Of a stretch of DNA of 64,000 nucleotides, positions 1 to 10,082 are shown one piece after another. The position numbers and the translations under genes are program-made. The stretch lies in NCBI GenBank assembly GCA_031385045.1, contig JANNBC010000024.1, forward strand, positions 224,001 through 288,000. The letters run 5' to 3'. The stretch is from a bacterium (GTDB taxonomy: Bacteria > Bdellovibrionota_C > UBA2361 > CALJRW01). Below the pieces are notes generated by a model. That model searched no databases. It saw nothing but the letters and a program-made list of their open reading frames with translations, and was not told where the DNA came from. Position 1 is the first letter of the stretch. The number at the start of each line of letters is the position of its first letter.

Positions 1-1
1 A

Positions 2-571
2 TTAGCGATTGGTTTAGATCCAGACTACCCAAGAATTCAAGAACTATTTGCACAACTATTAATTCATCGTCCAGATCTGCAGATTGCAACTACTTTAAAA
101 AGTCTAACAATTAACATTGCCAAGCTTTCCAAAGCTCCACTAATTATTCCTAAATACCAAATACAGACCAATGATTTTTTTTTAGCAGGTGGCATATCTA
201 ACTGTCCAAATTGGCAAGAAGAAGTAAGTCAATTATTAATTAATCAGGGCTTAGAAGTTTTTAATCCACGTAAAGCAGACTTTATTGGGATGGGTGGAAT
301 GAATTACCGAAATCATCTTAGAAAAAATCACCAACGCCTGATCGATTCTAAAGCAGTTGTTTTTTGGTTTGCTAAAGAGACCTTAAATTCAATGGCTTTA
401 TTCGAATTGGGTATTGCGTGTCAATTAAATAAACCAATCTTTATTGGAGTTGAACCAGGTTACACTAGAGAACAAGATATCAGAGTTCAAGTTGGCTTAG
501 CTCGACCAGATGTAAAGGTGGTTAATACAATTCAGGAATTAACCTCTCAAGTAGTAAATTTTAACCGTTGA
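2..571 (+). CDS. Nucleoside 2-deoxyribosyltransferase-like protein with tandem domains, 5'-truncated by the window edge
   Basis: The frame is open from nt 2, not just from 290. It reads LAIGLDPDYPRIQELFAQLLIHRPDLQIATTL...DFFLAGGISNCPNWQEEV...VFNPRKADF...VFWFAKETLNSMALFELG. FLAGG, WQ, NPR and LFELG are typical of the Nuc_deoxyri_tr2-like family. Confidence 0.8.
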   Translation, partial: LAIGLDPDYPRIQELFAQLLIHRPDLQIATTLKSLTINIAKLSKAPLIIPKYQIQTNDFFLAGGISNCPNWQEEVSQLLINQGLEVFNPRKADFIGMGGMNYRNHLRKNHQRLIDSKAVVFWFAKETLNSMALFELGIACQLNKPIFIGVEPGYTREQDIRVQVGLARPDVKVVNTIQELTSQVVNFNR

Positions 572-781
572 ATTCTTAGCAGAACCTGATCAAATCACTA
601 ATAATTAATGCTAAGTGTTGCCTGTTTTTTCTACTTTCAGCGAATCCATAAGCTATCAGATCAGGAAACCAAATTCACCTAACTATTAGCTTCATAAACA
701 TAAAATCTGATAATAATTTTAGCTAGTTAGGCACTAACGCCAAGCAGTCAATTTCTTTTATGCGTCATAAATTCTCACTAA

Positions 782-3700
782 ATGAATCATTTACGGCATA
801 ACCCCCGATCGGGAGAAATGCCAGTAAGTACCGCGCCAATTAAGACTGCTTTTAGGAATACTAGTTCTTCTTTAGAATTAAAGACCCAAGCTTCAGCGAG
901 TAATCAAGCACCGACAATTAAAAGTCCAACTACTAAGATTCCTAGCCCCTACTCACTAGAAGCAGTCGTTAAAGATCCAGTACTATATTATCTGGCGAAG
1001 GAATCTGCATATAAGCCATCTTCTAAGATTGGAAAAAAATTTCAAGATACTGTTAATTTAATTGCTGATAAATTAATTAAAAATCTTCCTGCTGACTTTC
1101 AAGTAGTTGAAGCCAAGCAATTTATGTTTAATCTTCTTTCCTCTAATTTATTTAATGCCCATACGATACCAAATTGGTCCGGCAAAAGTAAGCCGATTTC
1201 ATTTTCTAAAGAGGTTTTAAATGTTTGTTTGAATTCAGCAAGCCCAGATATCTTAGGCGTAGATGTACTAGCAAGTATCTTGTGTCATGAATTAATGCAC
1301 AATGTTTATTTTATAAAATATCCTAAAGAAAATAATTCTAAGATCCAAGAAACATTCTGTGATCAAGTTGCTAGCACACTTTATAATGCGGGATTTAATC
1401 CTGATGCGATGAATAAGGTTTATCAACACATTGCTACACTTCGAAGCACAGAAAAACCTAGTAAAGATTCTTATGATTCAGTTTATTTAACAGATAATTT
1501 ACGGGAAGAAGCCTATCAAAAGAGCTCCTTCCCTTTTAGTAAAAAAGTTTCCTTACTTAGAGAGAATAATGAGGCCCAGGAATTTAAAAAAGACCTTAAT
1601 CAGCAACTAACTTCCATAAGTAATGAAATTCGTGGAGAACAAATTGAAGATTACTTTGCTCAACATCTAAGCGATCATAAATTTAGTGAATTAACAGCAA
1701 TTCAAAAAATTTCATTCACAAATAACCTACTCAAAGAGCATCAGGATTGGTTCTTAAGACAGGCATCTGGACTTAGTGAGTTACAAACACTACTAAAAGA
1801 AATTGAGAATACGATCTTATCCGAAAATAAATCTAACAATCATCTCATTGAATATAATCAAGAAATTGAAAAATTTGGATTTAACCTTTATAAACTAGCC
1901 GAGTATCATGATAAAGCCCCCGCATTTAAGCGCTATTACCATAGTCTTGCAAAACTCTGTTGTGCGGAAGAAGATTTCCCTACGTTTAGAGATGCTAAAC
2001 TAGAACTGAAAAACTTTTTAAACGCTACGACCAATACTGAATTAGCAAATAGTATTGATAATTATTATAAGATTAATCAAAAACTACAATCGGCGGAAGT
2101 CTACCTCTACCCAAGTAGCTTTGTGACCCAAGATGTTAAGGCAAATTTTTCTGAATATCTAACTCCAGCATTAATTGAAGAACTAAAATTAGGAACTCAA
2201 CTTGCACTTCCATATAGTCTACACGAAAGACACCTCCGAGAACTTCAACAAGAACTGCTCAATGGAATAGATAATTCTATCCGTGGAAAAGCTGAAAATG
2301 ACTACCGGCTAATGCAGGCAATGAGTAAAATTGCTGGGATTGATACTGTGATTAGTGAACTTCATGTGAAAGATAGTTATTTTTATGATTCTTCCCTGGA
2401 TCCTGAAGAGCTAAGAAAGGACTGGAAGTTCGTAGGTAATAAGTCAAAAGAAACCCTGACAACATCTTGCAATACAGACTCCATGTCGGCATTTAGCATT
2501 GGTCTTGATGGTATAAAACTTGAATATCCATACCGATACATCTTAACTGAGGCACCAGGCTTTGCAGTTGCCACAAATTACATAAATCACGAAGCTGACT
2601 ACCTAAGGTTTATGTCTCAGCAATCATTGGCACTAGTCACAGAAGTAAAAGCTTTAACAGCTGAATCTTTAGCCGAGTTTGTTGCCATGAACCAAAGATT
2701 CCTACTCCCTTCAGTTTCATTATTTGCCCCTGAACTTGCCAAGCTGAGCACTGGTTCTTTACAACTTGCTCAAGTTTTCACCGAAAAAGTTAATGAATTA
2801 CGTGAAGCAAGTACCGACCCTGCCTTTATAAAATATACTAACAAAATATTTCAATTTAATCTTCGTAGCGATCAACCACTTACAGATTCAAAATCATATG
2901 AAATATATCGTAAGTATCACATTGGTGTTTTAAAAGCCCTTGACCAGGGGCAACCTGTGATTGATTCTCAACATCCCTACATTAAATATATCAAAGAGCA
3001 AATTGGCAAATCTTACACTCCGGAAGAAGCCCTCGGATCGATAATGTCATTGGCCACGCCTAAGTTAGGCCTGACAAAACGCAAGGCAGAACATGCTGAA
3101 AAAATTATCCAGAATCTTACTAAAATCTTAGCACCAGAAATTAAGCTTTTAGATTTACTAGGAATTGACTTAAAGACAACTCCTAAAGATCTTTTGGCCG
3201 GTGTCATCAAATTAGATTATTTATCAAATACCTCCGACGCTATTTATCAACAAGTTGAATATGGCCAACGAAATGCCAGTCAATTTGAATTAGGTGAAAT
3301 CCGCAGTTATTATCTACTTAATTTTTTAAAATCAACTGATGCTATCCTTAGCCCTAAAGAATTACTTGAATTTAATAACCTAACAAAATTACCCTCAACA
3401 TTCAAAGAGCAATGTGAAGAGCTGATCAATCAAAAACTATCAGCTTATACAACTGTTTCTTACTTAAATGGCCTTGATAATAATAGCTTGGTAGAACACT
3501 ATCAGCTAGTTTCAGCTACAAATTACTTCTACAGCAACCCTAAAGAAAGATCTATTTTTGAGAATTTGATACAAGATCGAATTCTTGGAGAAAACAATTT
3601 AGATGACCGAGATAAAATAATTAAAAATCTAATTTATCCTCGTGGCTTTCAAACTCTGGATAGCTATCTTCCAGCACTTGTCAGTTTTGTTGAAGCCTTT

Positions 3701-5899
3701 GTCCCTGCTAATACTAAAAATACTATTTCGGGATACTTTTTAAATACTACAAATAAAAAGTTTGAAGATTTTGTTGTTGCAGAAACTGTCGAGATGTTAA
3801 AGCGTAATGTTAAAAGTAATTCTGGACAGCATCGCGATAATAACTCCCCTCAATTTGAATCAGCGATACTTGGAATTATCCAAGATTTTGAAAAAAATCA
3901 TTTCCATTTACCAATTCGTAAAAAAATCCTGACAAAACTTGCTGACCAACTGATAACTCAAGAAAAAGTTTCCTATTTAATTAAAGATAATTTATCTAAA
4001 GTTGAGAAAGGCCTAGAAAAGGCTAGTTCCATCTTTGATTTATTTCATAATCTAAACTTAGTTTCAGCAGAAAATGCCAATAAGCATATTGCTCAGGCGG
4101 AAAGACTTGTTGATTCTCTGCGAAACGATCCGGGCTTACGACAAGCCATTTTTACTTTCCTATCGGAGCCACTTACCAATAAAAATATTGAAGCAGTAAT
4201 TACAAACTTAAACCGTAAAGATAAAAGTAGTATTCTTACAATACTTGGAGATATCACTGGACATAAAAAACTAACGGATGTTCATCCCGACTACTTACAC
4301 GAAGTATTATTAAATCTTCATTTAAGATTTACTGAACTACAAACCACTCAGCAGGGATTTGCTCTGGCAATTTTTGCCCATGGTGCAGAACGTCAAACAG
4401 CTACAGAATTTCAAAAGTTTCAAGAAGAAGTAATTTTCCCACAACTGTTTAATGGGAACAATGAGCATCAAGCTTTAGTTAAAGATTTTGTAACTGAATA
4501 TTTTAATTTATACGGAGATAATGTTTATCAAAAATATGTTGTTGCTTGTTCATTACTTGTTGCCAAAACACATTCGGCCGTTGATGCTTCTGAAATTTTA
4601 GTTCCAGAAGCATATCTGGGAAGAGTTATTCGTGAATTTCTAAAAGCACATGGTAATGCTGGAGATAAACTTTCCCAGAAGATTCATAGCTATCCCGATA
4701 CTCCCCTAGCAATGGCTGATCAAATGGCCGGTAGTAAAAGTAATGCCAGCTACCTAACACGCTGGGATTATTTCGACCAACTAAAGAAAAATGGTCCTGA
4801 GGCAGAATTTCAAGGATCAAAACGAACTTATGTTGGTGAAGTTTTTTCAGGCTCAATGTGTGTATCTTCTAAACTACGCTATCAGGATGGCAGTGAGACT
4901 CAGATCGTACTCTTAAGACCAGGTGCTCGAGAAGAAAGCATGCTATGGCTAGGAAAATTTGAGCAATGCTTAGAAAATTTAAGTATTAAATATCCTTTCT
5001 TTAAACCTTATATCCCCCTAGTAATTCAAACTAAAGAACTAATTCAGTTTGAGACCGATTTTGAAGCAGTTAACATCAGGCAACAAGAACTGGCGGAGCT
5101 GGCCTATCGTAATTTAAATTTTCAATTACCCAATTATGACCTAGTCATTCGTCCTGTAAAATTATATCGTTCTGCAAACGTTCAAACTGGCCCTGCCTCG
5201 ATCCATTCTGGTTATAAAGAAACTGAATTTGCCAGAGGCGTCTCCTACAATCAATATCTTAAAAGCCTCCGAGCTAAAGGAGAAGAAGGTCAACTAAAAG
5301 ATTCTCAGATTGAACTTGCTCGCCAAATCTCTCATGGCATTCTTGTTGCTCAGGTCAGTAATGATTTAGCTATCAGACCAAATAACCAAGATTTACATGG
5401 CGATAATCTAAAATTTACAATTCGCCAAATACCCGGCGAACGTCCTGTAGTTGATGTCCAACTTTTTGATTTTGGATGTATCGATCCACGACCTGTAACT
5501 GAAGCAGAGAAACATGCCGTCAGTGATATTTTTTTTGATACTTTTAATAGACTTTCCTTATTAAAAGGAGATTTATCGCAACAATTTGTTACTAGCTTTG
5601 CTAGAAAGACTGCGAGCTATCAATTATCAAACGTAGAAACACCAATGCCATACTTAGGTGGTCTACCTATGTCCTATTTAGCATTAGGAGACTTCTTTAA
5701 ACCCTTAACTTACACAGCAGCTAATTCTAAAATTCCAACCATAACCCCTATTATGACAATCAGGAGCTTCTTAAGTGCAACACACGAGGCAGCAGAACGA
5801 ATAACTATCGATCATAATCTTATCCAACAACACCCTGGATTAAAATTTAAAATATTTACCAAATTAATTAAGTGGTATGGAAAGAAAAAGCAGAATTAA
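782..5899 (+). CDS. Large protein with N-terminal M48-like zinc peptidase domain and C-terminal UbiB/ABC1-like atypical kinase domain (start may be ATG 818)
   Basis: HELMH (nt 1286-1300) is followed by QETFCD...NAGFNPDAM. The C-terminal part has KLSQKIHSYP, LLRPG, ETDF, DLHGDN (from nt 5390) and DFG (nt 5468). Confidence 0.65.
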   Translation: MNHLRHNPRSGEMPVSTAPIKTAFRNTSSSLELKTQASASNQAPTIKSPTTKIPSPYSLEAVVKDPVLYYLAKESAYKPSSKIGKKFQDTVNLIADKLIKNLPADFQVVEAKQFMFNLLSSNLFNAHTIPNWSGKSKPISFSKEVLNVCLNSASPDILGVDVLASILCHELMHNVYFIKYPKENNSKIQETFCDQVASTLYNAGFNPDAMNKVYQHIATLRSTEKPSKDSYDSVYLTDNLREEAYQKSSFPFSKKVSLLRENNEAQEFKKDLNQQLTSISNEIRGEQIEDYFAQHLSDHKFSELTAIQKISFTNNLLKEHQDWFLRQASGLSELQTLLKEIENTILSENKSNNHLIEYNQEIEKFGFNLYKLAEYHDKAPAFKRYYHSLAKLCCAEEDFPTFRDAKLELKNFLNATTNTELANSIDNYYKINQKLQSAEVYLYPSSFVTQDVKANFSEYLTPALIEELKLGTQLALPYSLHERHLRELQQELLNGIDNSIRGKAENDYRLMQAMSKIAGIDTVISELHVKDSYFYDSSLDPEELRKDWKFVGNKSKETLTTSCNTDSMSAFSIGLDGIKLEYPYRYILTEAPGFAVATNYINHEADYLRFMSQQSLALVTEVKALTAESLAEFVAMNQRFLLPSVSLFAPELAKLSTGSLQLAQVFTEKVNELREASTDPAFIKYTNKIFQFNLRSDQPLTDSKSYEIYRKYHIGVLKALDQGQPVIDSQHPYIKYIKEQIGKSYTPEEALGSIMSLATPKLGLTKRKAEHAEKIIQNLTKILAPEIKLLDLLGIDLKTTPKDLLAGVIKLDYLSNTSDAIYQQVEYGQRNASQFELGEIRSYYLLNFLKSTDAILSPKELLEFNNLTKLPSTFKEQCEELINQKLSAYTTVSYLNGLDNNSLVEHYQLVSATNYFYSNPKERSIFENLIQDRILGENNLDDRDKIIKNLIYPRGFQTLDSYLPALVSFVEAFVPANTKNTISGYFLNTTNKKFEDFVVAETVEMLKRNVKSNSGQHRDNNSPQFESAILGIIQDFEKNHFHLPIRKKILTKLADQLITQEKVSYLIKDNLSKVEKGLEKASSIFDLFHNLNLVSAENANKHIAQAERLVDSLRNDPGLRQAIFTFLSEPLTNKNIEAVITNLNRKDKSSILTILGDITGHKKLTDVHPDYLHEVLLNLHLRFTELQTTQQGFALAIFAHGAERQTATEFQKFQEEVIFPQLFNGNNEHQALVKDFVTEYFNLYGDNVYQKYVVACSLLVAKTHSAVDASEILVPEAYLGRVIREFLKAHGNAGDKLSQKIHSYPDTPLAMADQMAGSKSNASYLTRWDYFDQLKKNGPEAEFQGSKRTYVGEVFSGSMCVSSKLRYQDGSETQIVLLRPGAREESMLWLGKFEQCLENLSIKYPFFKPYIPLVIQTKELIQFETDFEAVNIRQQELAELAYRNLNFQLPNYDLVIRPVKLYRSANVQTGPASIHSGYKETEFARGVSYNQYLKSLRAKGEEGQLKDSQIELARQISHGILVAQVSNDLAIRPNNQDLHGDNLKFTIRQIPGERPVVDVQLFDFGCIDPRPVTEAEKHAVSDIFFDTFNRLSLLKGDLSQQFVTSFARKTASYQLSNVETPMPYLGGLPMSYLALGDFFKPLTYTAANSKIPTITPIMTIRSFLSATHEAAERITIDHNLIQQHPGLKFKIFTKLIKWYGKKKQN

Positions 5900-5987
5900 T
5901 TAATAATCAATTTTGGCTAGTGCCTACCTAGATTGACTTTCTTTCAGGATAGACAGAGATTATTACTCTGCTTATTATCCCATATAG

Positions 5988-7616
5988 ATGAGCACCAAAG
6001 AACTTAACTCTGAAATGAACTGGCAAACGGCGATATCCTTAGCCATATTTATTGGTGTCATTCTAAGAATCTGGGCCTACGCTCAAAATCCATCTCTTTG
6101 GGTAGATGAGGCAGCACTGGCCAGAAACATATTAGACCGTGATTTAGGGCAACTCTTTACTCGACTTGATTTTGCCCAAATTGCACCAGTTGGATTTTTA
6201 ATCACAACAAAACTAATTACTTTAGTTTTTGGCATTTCAGAATATGCCTTAAGGCTGATTCCACTAACTCTCTCGATTGCCAGCCTATTCCTCTTTCAAC
6301 TTGTAGCTCGTCAATGCTTTAAAACCCAGACATGTTTTGCTGCTAGCTTCATTTTTGCGATAGCTACTCCCTTTTATCAAGCTGCAGCTCACTTTAAGCA
6401 ATATTCCAGTGATATATTTATTTGCTTAGTAATATTACTTGCTAGCCTTAATTTAAAAAGACTCTTTCGCCAACCAAGGTTATTAATTTTTTTAGCTATT
6501 ATTCCAATCTTTTTAATTTCATTTTCGCTGGTGGCAATATTTATGCTTCCTGCAACTATTTTACTCCTATTAAAAGAAGTATTTAAACTCCCTGCTAAAG
6601 ATCAAAAAAAATATTTTTTTCTAGTCCTCTTCTGGATCTTAGCATTACTAATTAACATCTCTAATGCTTGGTTTAATATGACTGATATTGATCGAGCCTA
6701 CTTCCATTTCGCGTGGAACAATTCTTTTGTTGATTTACATCAGCCACTTTCCTGGTTTTTTCAAGCTCTAGAAAAATCATTTGGCATGACAGATCGAACC
6801 GCAGTACTAGATGGTACTTTTCATTTTCCCTTTCCAAAAATATTTATTGGCCTAACACTAATTGGAACTTTTGCCTTAGTAGGCAAATCAAAAAGACTGG
6901 CCTTCATTATACTTACACCACTGGTTATGGCACTACTAGCTGCTAGCTTAAAACTCTATCCTTTTGGCGCTCGTGTAAACTTGTTCCACTTAGTCATTTA
7001 CTTAATATTATTTATCTCAGGCTTGGAATTTATTGCTCAGAGATTTACTAATTATCTAGCTAGTTGGTTACCACTACTTATAATTCTACTATCAGTAATT
7101 CCCCTATTTCAAGCAAAAGCTTTCCCAAAACCTGAACATTTGCGACCTGTAATTCAAAATATCCTTAGTAAATGGCAGGAGGGAGATGTAATTTGGGTAT
7201 ACTATGGCGCCGGGCAAGCATTTAAATACTATCAACATCGCCTCCCAATCAACGGCAAGATTATTTTTGGCAAGTGTAATCGATCTAACCCCAAAGACTA
7301 TTTGTACCAGATCGATCAACTTCGTGGTAATAAACGAGTATGGATTTTAATTAGTCATGGTGCCGCTTTTAATCGTTTTGATGAACCAAAATTAATTACT
7401 GACTATTTAAATACAATTGGCACTCAGCTCAGCAGTTTTAATACCATCGACACAGTGATGACAAAAAATGGATCTGCAAGCTATCTCTATGATCTATCTA
7501 ATTATGAGCAAGCGCTAACAAGCAAGGCCGATGATTTTTCAATTACAGGCATTCCAACAGACACAGATTGGACATGTTATGGCACTATGGTTCCAGAATT
7601 AAATAGCGGTAAATGA
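5988..7616 (+). CDS. GT-C fold membrane glycosyltransferase (PMT/ArnT-like, GT39/GT83-like)
   Basis: SLWVDEAA after the first TM helix, 'AP.GF', 'SEYALRL', KQYSSD and many TM segments. Confidence 0.75.
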   Translation: MSTKELNSEMNWQTAISLAIFIGVILRIWAYAQNPSLWVDEAALARNILDRDLGQLFTRLDFAQIAPVGFLITTKLITLVFGISEYALRLIPLTLSIASLFLFQLVARQCFKTQTCFAASFIFAIATPFYQAAAHFKQYSSDIFICLVILLASLNLKRLFRQPRLLIFLAIIPIFLISFSLVAIFMLPATILLLLKEVFKLPAKDQKKYFFLVLFWILALLINISNAWFNMTDIDRAYFHFAWNNSFVDLHQPLSWFFQALEKSFGMTDRTAVLDGTFHFPFPKIFIGLTLIGTFALVGKSKRLAFIILTPLVMALLAASLKLYPFGARVNLFHLVIYLILFISGLEFIAQRFTNYLASWLPLLIILLSVIPLFQAKAFPKPEHLRPVIQNILSKWQEGDVIWVYYGAGQAFKYYQHRLPINGKIIFGKCNRSNPKDYLYQIDQLRGNKRVWILISHGAAFNRFDEPKLITDYLNTIGTQLSSFNTIDTVMTKNGSASYLYDLSNYEQALTSKADDFSITGIPTDTDWTCYGTMVPELNSGK

Positions 7617-7739
7617 TAATTGACGCTAAATTGCACATGCGGTATCAATGCTTAACCTAAGAAGGTATTAATTGCTTATAAGAGTCAATCTTTACTTAAA
7701 GCAAATCTGTAAACTTATCGCTTGTACCCAGCAATTTTC

Positions 7740-9881
7740 ATGAGCTCTCAAAAACATATTATCATTGTGCTTGGTATGCACCGCAGTGGAACTAGTGCTA
7801 TTACCCGAGGACTTCAAGCGCTAGGTGTTAACCTAGGAACAAAACTGATTGATCCAGCAATCGGTGAAAATGATAAAGGATTTTTCGAAGATAAAGATTT
7901 TTTAGAACTAAACGAAGAACTACTACAAAAATTAGACTATAATTGGAATTCGCTGGGCACACTTCCACTACTAACTACTCAGCAAGAAATAATCCTAAAC
8001 TATCAAGAAAAACTATCTGCGCTACTAGTGAATCGTCTAGAAAATTCTAATCTTTATGGAATAAAGGATCCCCGATTTTCCAAATTATTACCTTTGATTA
8101 AACCTGTCTTACAAAGACTTAAATTGCAGGTCAGCTATATTATTGCCAGTCGTAATCCTCTAAGCGTGGCAAACTCTCTACTAAGACGTAATCAAATCCC
8201 AATCATGAAGACTTTATATCTCTGGCTAGAGCACTTAATTTTTAGCCTGGAACATACCAACAATGAACATCGACTAGTAGTAGATTTTGATCTGGTACTG
8301 GCAGATACAAAATTGGAGATCAAGCGAATTGCCAACTTTTTAGAGTTAAATAATCAAATCTCCCTCACCCAAATTCAAGAGTATGAAAAAGAGTTTCTAG
8401 ATCCAAGTTTAAGACACTCCCAATTTAGCTCTGATGAACTAAATAATAATCAGATGATACCTAAATTAATTGTGGATCTCTATCAATTACTTTTGAATTC
8501 TAGCTCAGAAGAAAATAGTCTTGCTGATCCTGAAAATATTATAAACTATGAAAAAATTATCGCATCCTACAGAGAAATACTACCTGCCCTTAATTATCTT
8601 CAAATAGTAGAGAATCAAAAGCTAAGTGACTATGAAAATTTAACAGCTAAGATTAAGATTCTTGAGCTGGAATTAGCCGATCAAAATCAAAAATATAATT
8701 CCCTAAATTTGTTACTAGCCGAAGAGATACATTTAAAAAAGATTTCGGAGATTAATTTAAGCGAAAGTAATCAAAAGATAGCTAAATTAAGCCAAGAATT
8801 GCAGGCAATTCAAGCAACTCTAAATAGCATTTTCACTAGTCGCTCCTGGCAAATGACAAAACCACTAAGAAAAATCTTAGTGAATCTCAGACAATTGAAA
8901 AATTTAAATAATAAAAGCTTAACTGAAAATAAGACTCCTAATGAACTAGAGTTTATGTTTATTGCCGAAGCAGGCATCCTAGAAGAACAAGCCCTATTAT
9001 TAGCTACTAGTATCCGAAAATACACTGGCCGTTATAGGACATCTCCGATAACTGTTATTTCTCCAAGAGCTATAAACAGACCAAGTACAAATACTATTGC
9101 GTCCTTAAAAGCACTGGCAGTAAATTATCTGCCACTCAATCTTGACTCTCCTTCTCCAGAGTATCTGCCTTCATATCGAATCCTAGCCTCTACTTACTTT
9201 GAAAAAAACACTCAGGCTAAAAATTTAGCTGTCCTAGATAGTGACACGTTTTTTATCCGCGAACCGGATCTAGAATTAGGCGAATATGATGTGGCACTTC
9301 GACCAGTGGACATACAAGGTATTTGTTCAACTGGCCCATCAGATCCTAAAGATCAATATTGGCAAAAACTATGCGAATGTTGCCATGTAAATTACGAATC
9401 AATTCCAACTGTCACAACTACAGTTGATCAAATTACAGTAAAAGCAAGTTATAATGGAGGTTTCATTATTACAAAAAAATCAGCTGGCATTTTTGAACGT
9501 ACGGAAAATTACTTTAGAAATTCTCTTGTCTGCGACTTAGTACCTTCGGAGGATTCTAAGCTAACTTTTAATGCCGGTCATGGCACAGTCACACCAAATG
9601 GAAGTAAATATTGGGGTAGTTCACAAGCTTGTCTTTCACTGGCGATTTGGGGTTCAGGGCTAAAAGTAAAAGATCTTTCTGCCACTCATAATTTACCACT
9701 TAATTTTCTAGAAGAATTAAAACCAAGGCTTACTTCTGATTTTCAAATGCAAATTGCTCATATCCACTATCATCATCTTTTTTCCAAAGATCATAATCCT
9801 CAAAAACTATTTGAAAACACTAAACTTCTACCTGAGGATGTGAGCGGATGGCTATTTAAGGAAGTCCCATTCCGTTACTAA
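7740..9881 (+). CDS. Sulfotransferase-family domain, coiled coil and C-terminal GT-A-like domain fusion
   Basis: IIVLGMHRSGTS PAPS-binding loop, KDPR, RNPLSVANSL, coiled coil ending SRSWQMTKPLR, then LDSDT (DxD) and YNGG. ATG 7740 is preferred over TTG 7722. Confidence 0.75.
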   Translation: MSSQKHIIIVLGMHRSGTSAITRGLQALGVNLGTKLIDPAIGENDKGFFEDKDFLELNEELLQKLDYNWNSLGTLPLLTTQQEIILNYQEKLSALLVNRLENSNLYGIKDPRFSKLLPLIKPVLQRLKLQVSYIIASRNPLSVANSLLRRNQIPIMKTLYLWLEHLIFSLEHTNNEHRLVVDFDLVLADTKLEIKRIANFLELNNQISLTQIQEYEKEFLDPSLRHSQFSSDELNNNQMIPKLIVDLYQLLLNSSSEENSLADPENIINYEKIIASYREILPALNYLQIVENQKLSDYENLTAKIKILELELADQNQKYNSLNLLLAEEIHLKKISEINLSESNQKIAKLSQELQAIQATLNSIFTSRSWQMTKPLRKILVNLRQLKNLNNKSLTENKTPNELEFMFIAEAGILEEQALLLATSIRKYTGRYRTSPITVISPRAINRPSTNTIASLKALAVNYLPLNLDSPSPEYLPSYRILASTYFEKNTQAKNLAVLDSDTFFIREPDLELGEYDVALRPVDIQGICSTGPSDPKDQYWQKLCECCHVNYESIPTVTTTVDQITVKASYNGGFIITKKSAGIFERTENYFRNSLVCDLVPSEDSKLTFNAGHGTVTPNGSKYWGSSQACLSLAIWGSGLKVKDLSATHNLPLNFLEELKPRLTSDFQMQIAHIHYHHLFSKDHNPQKLFENTKLLPEDVSGWLFKEVPFRY

Positions 9882-10082
9882 GTATAAATAGTCTACAATT
9901 GACCTTAAATTCCCACTGGAACCCCTTACAATAAGATAAGATATTATAATTACTAGTGAAATTTACTAACCAGCACGAGACTTCAACAATCGAATCATGC
10001 TAAAATTCTTAAGGAAATTTAAAAACTTCCTGCAAATAGAGTAACAAACATTTTTAATGTTCCATAACCAGTTGTAGTCCTT

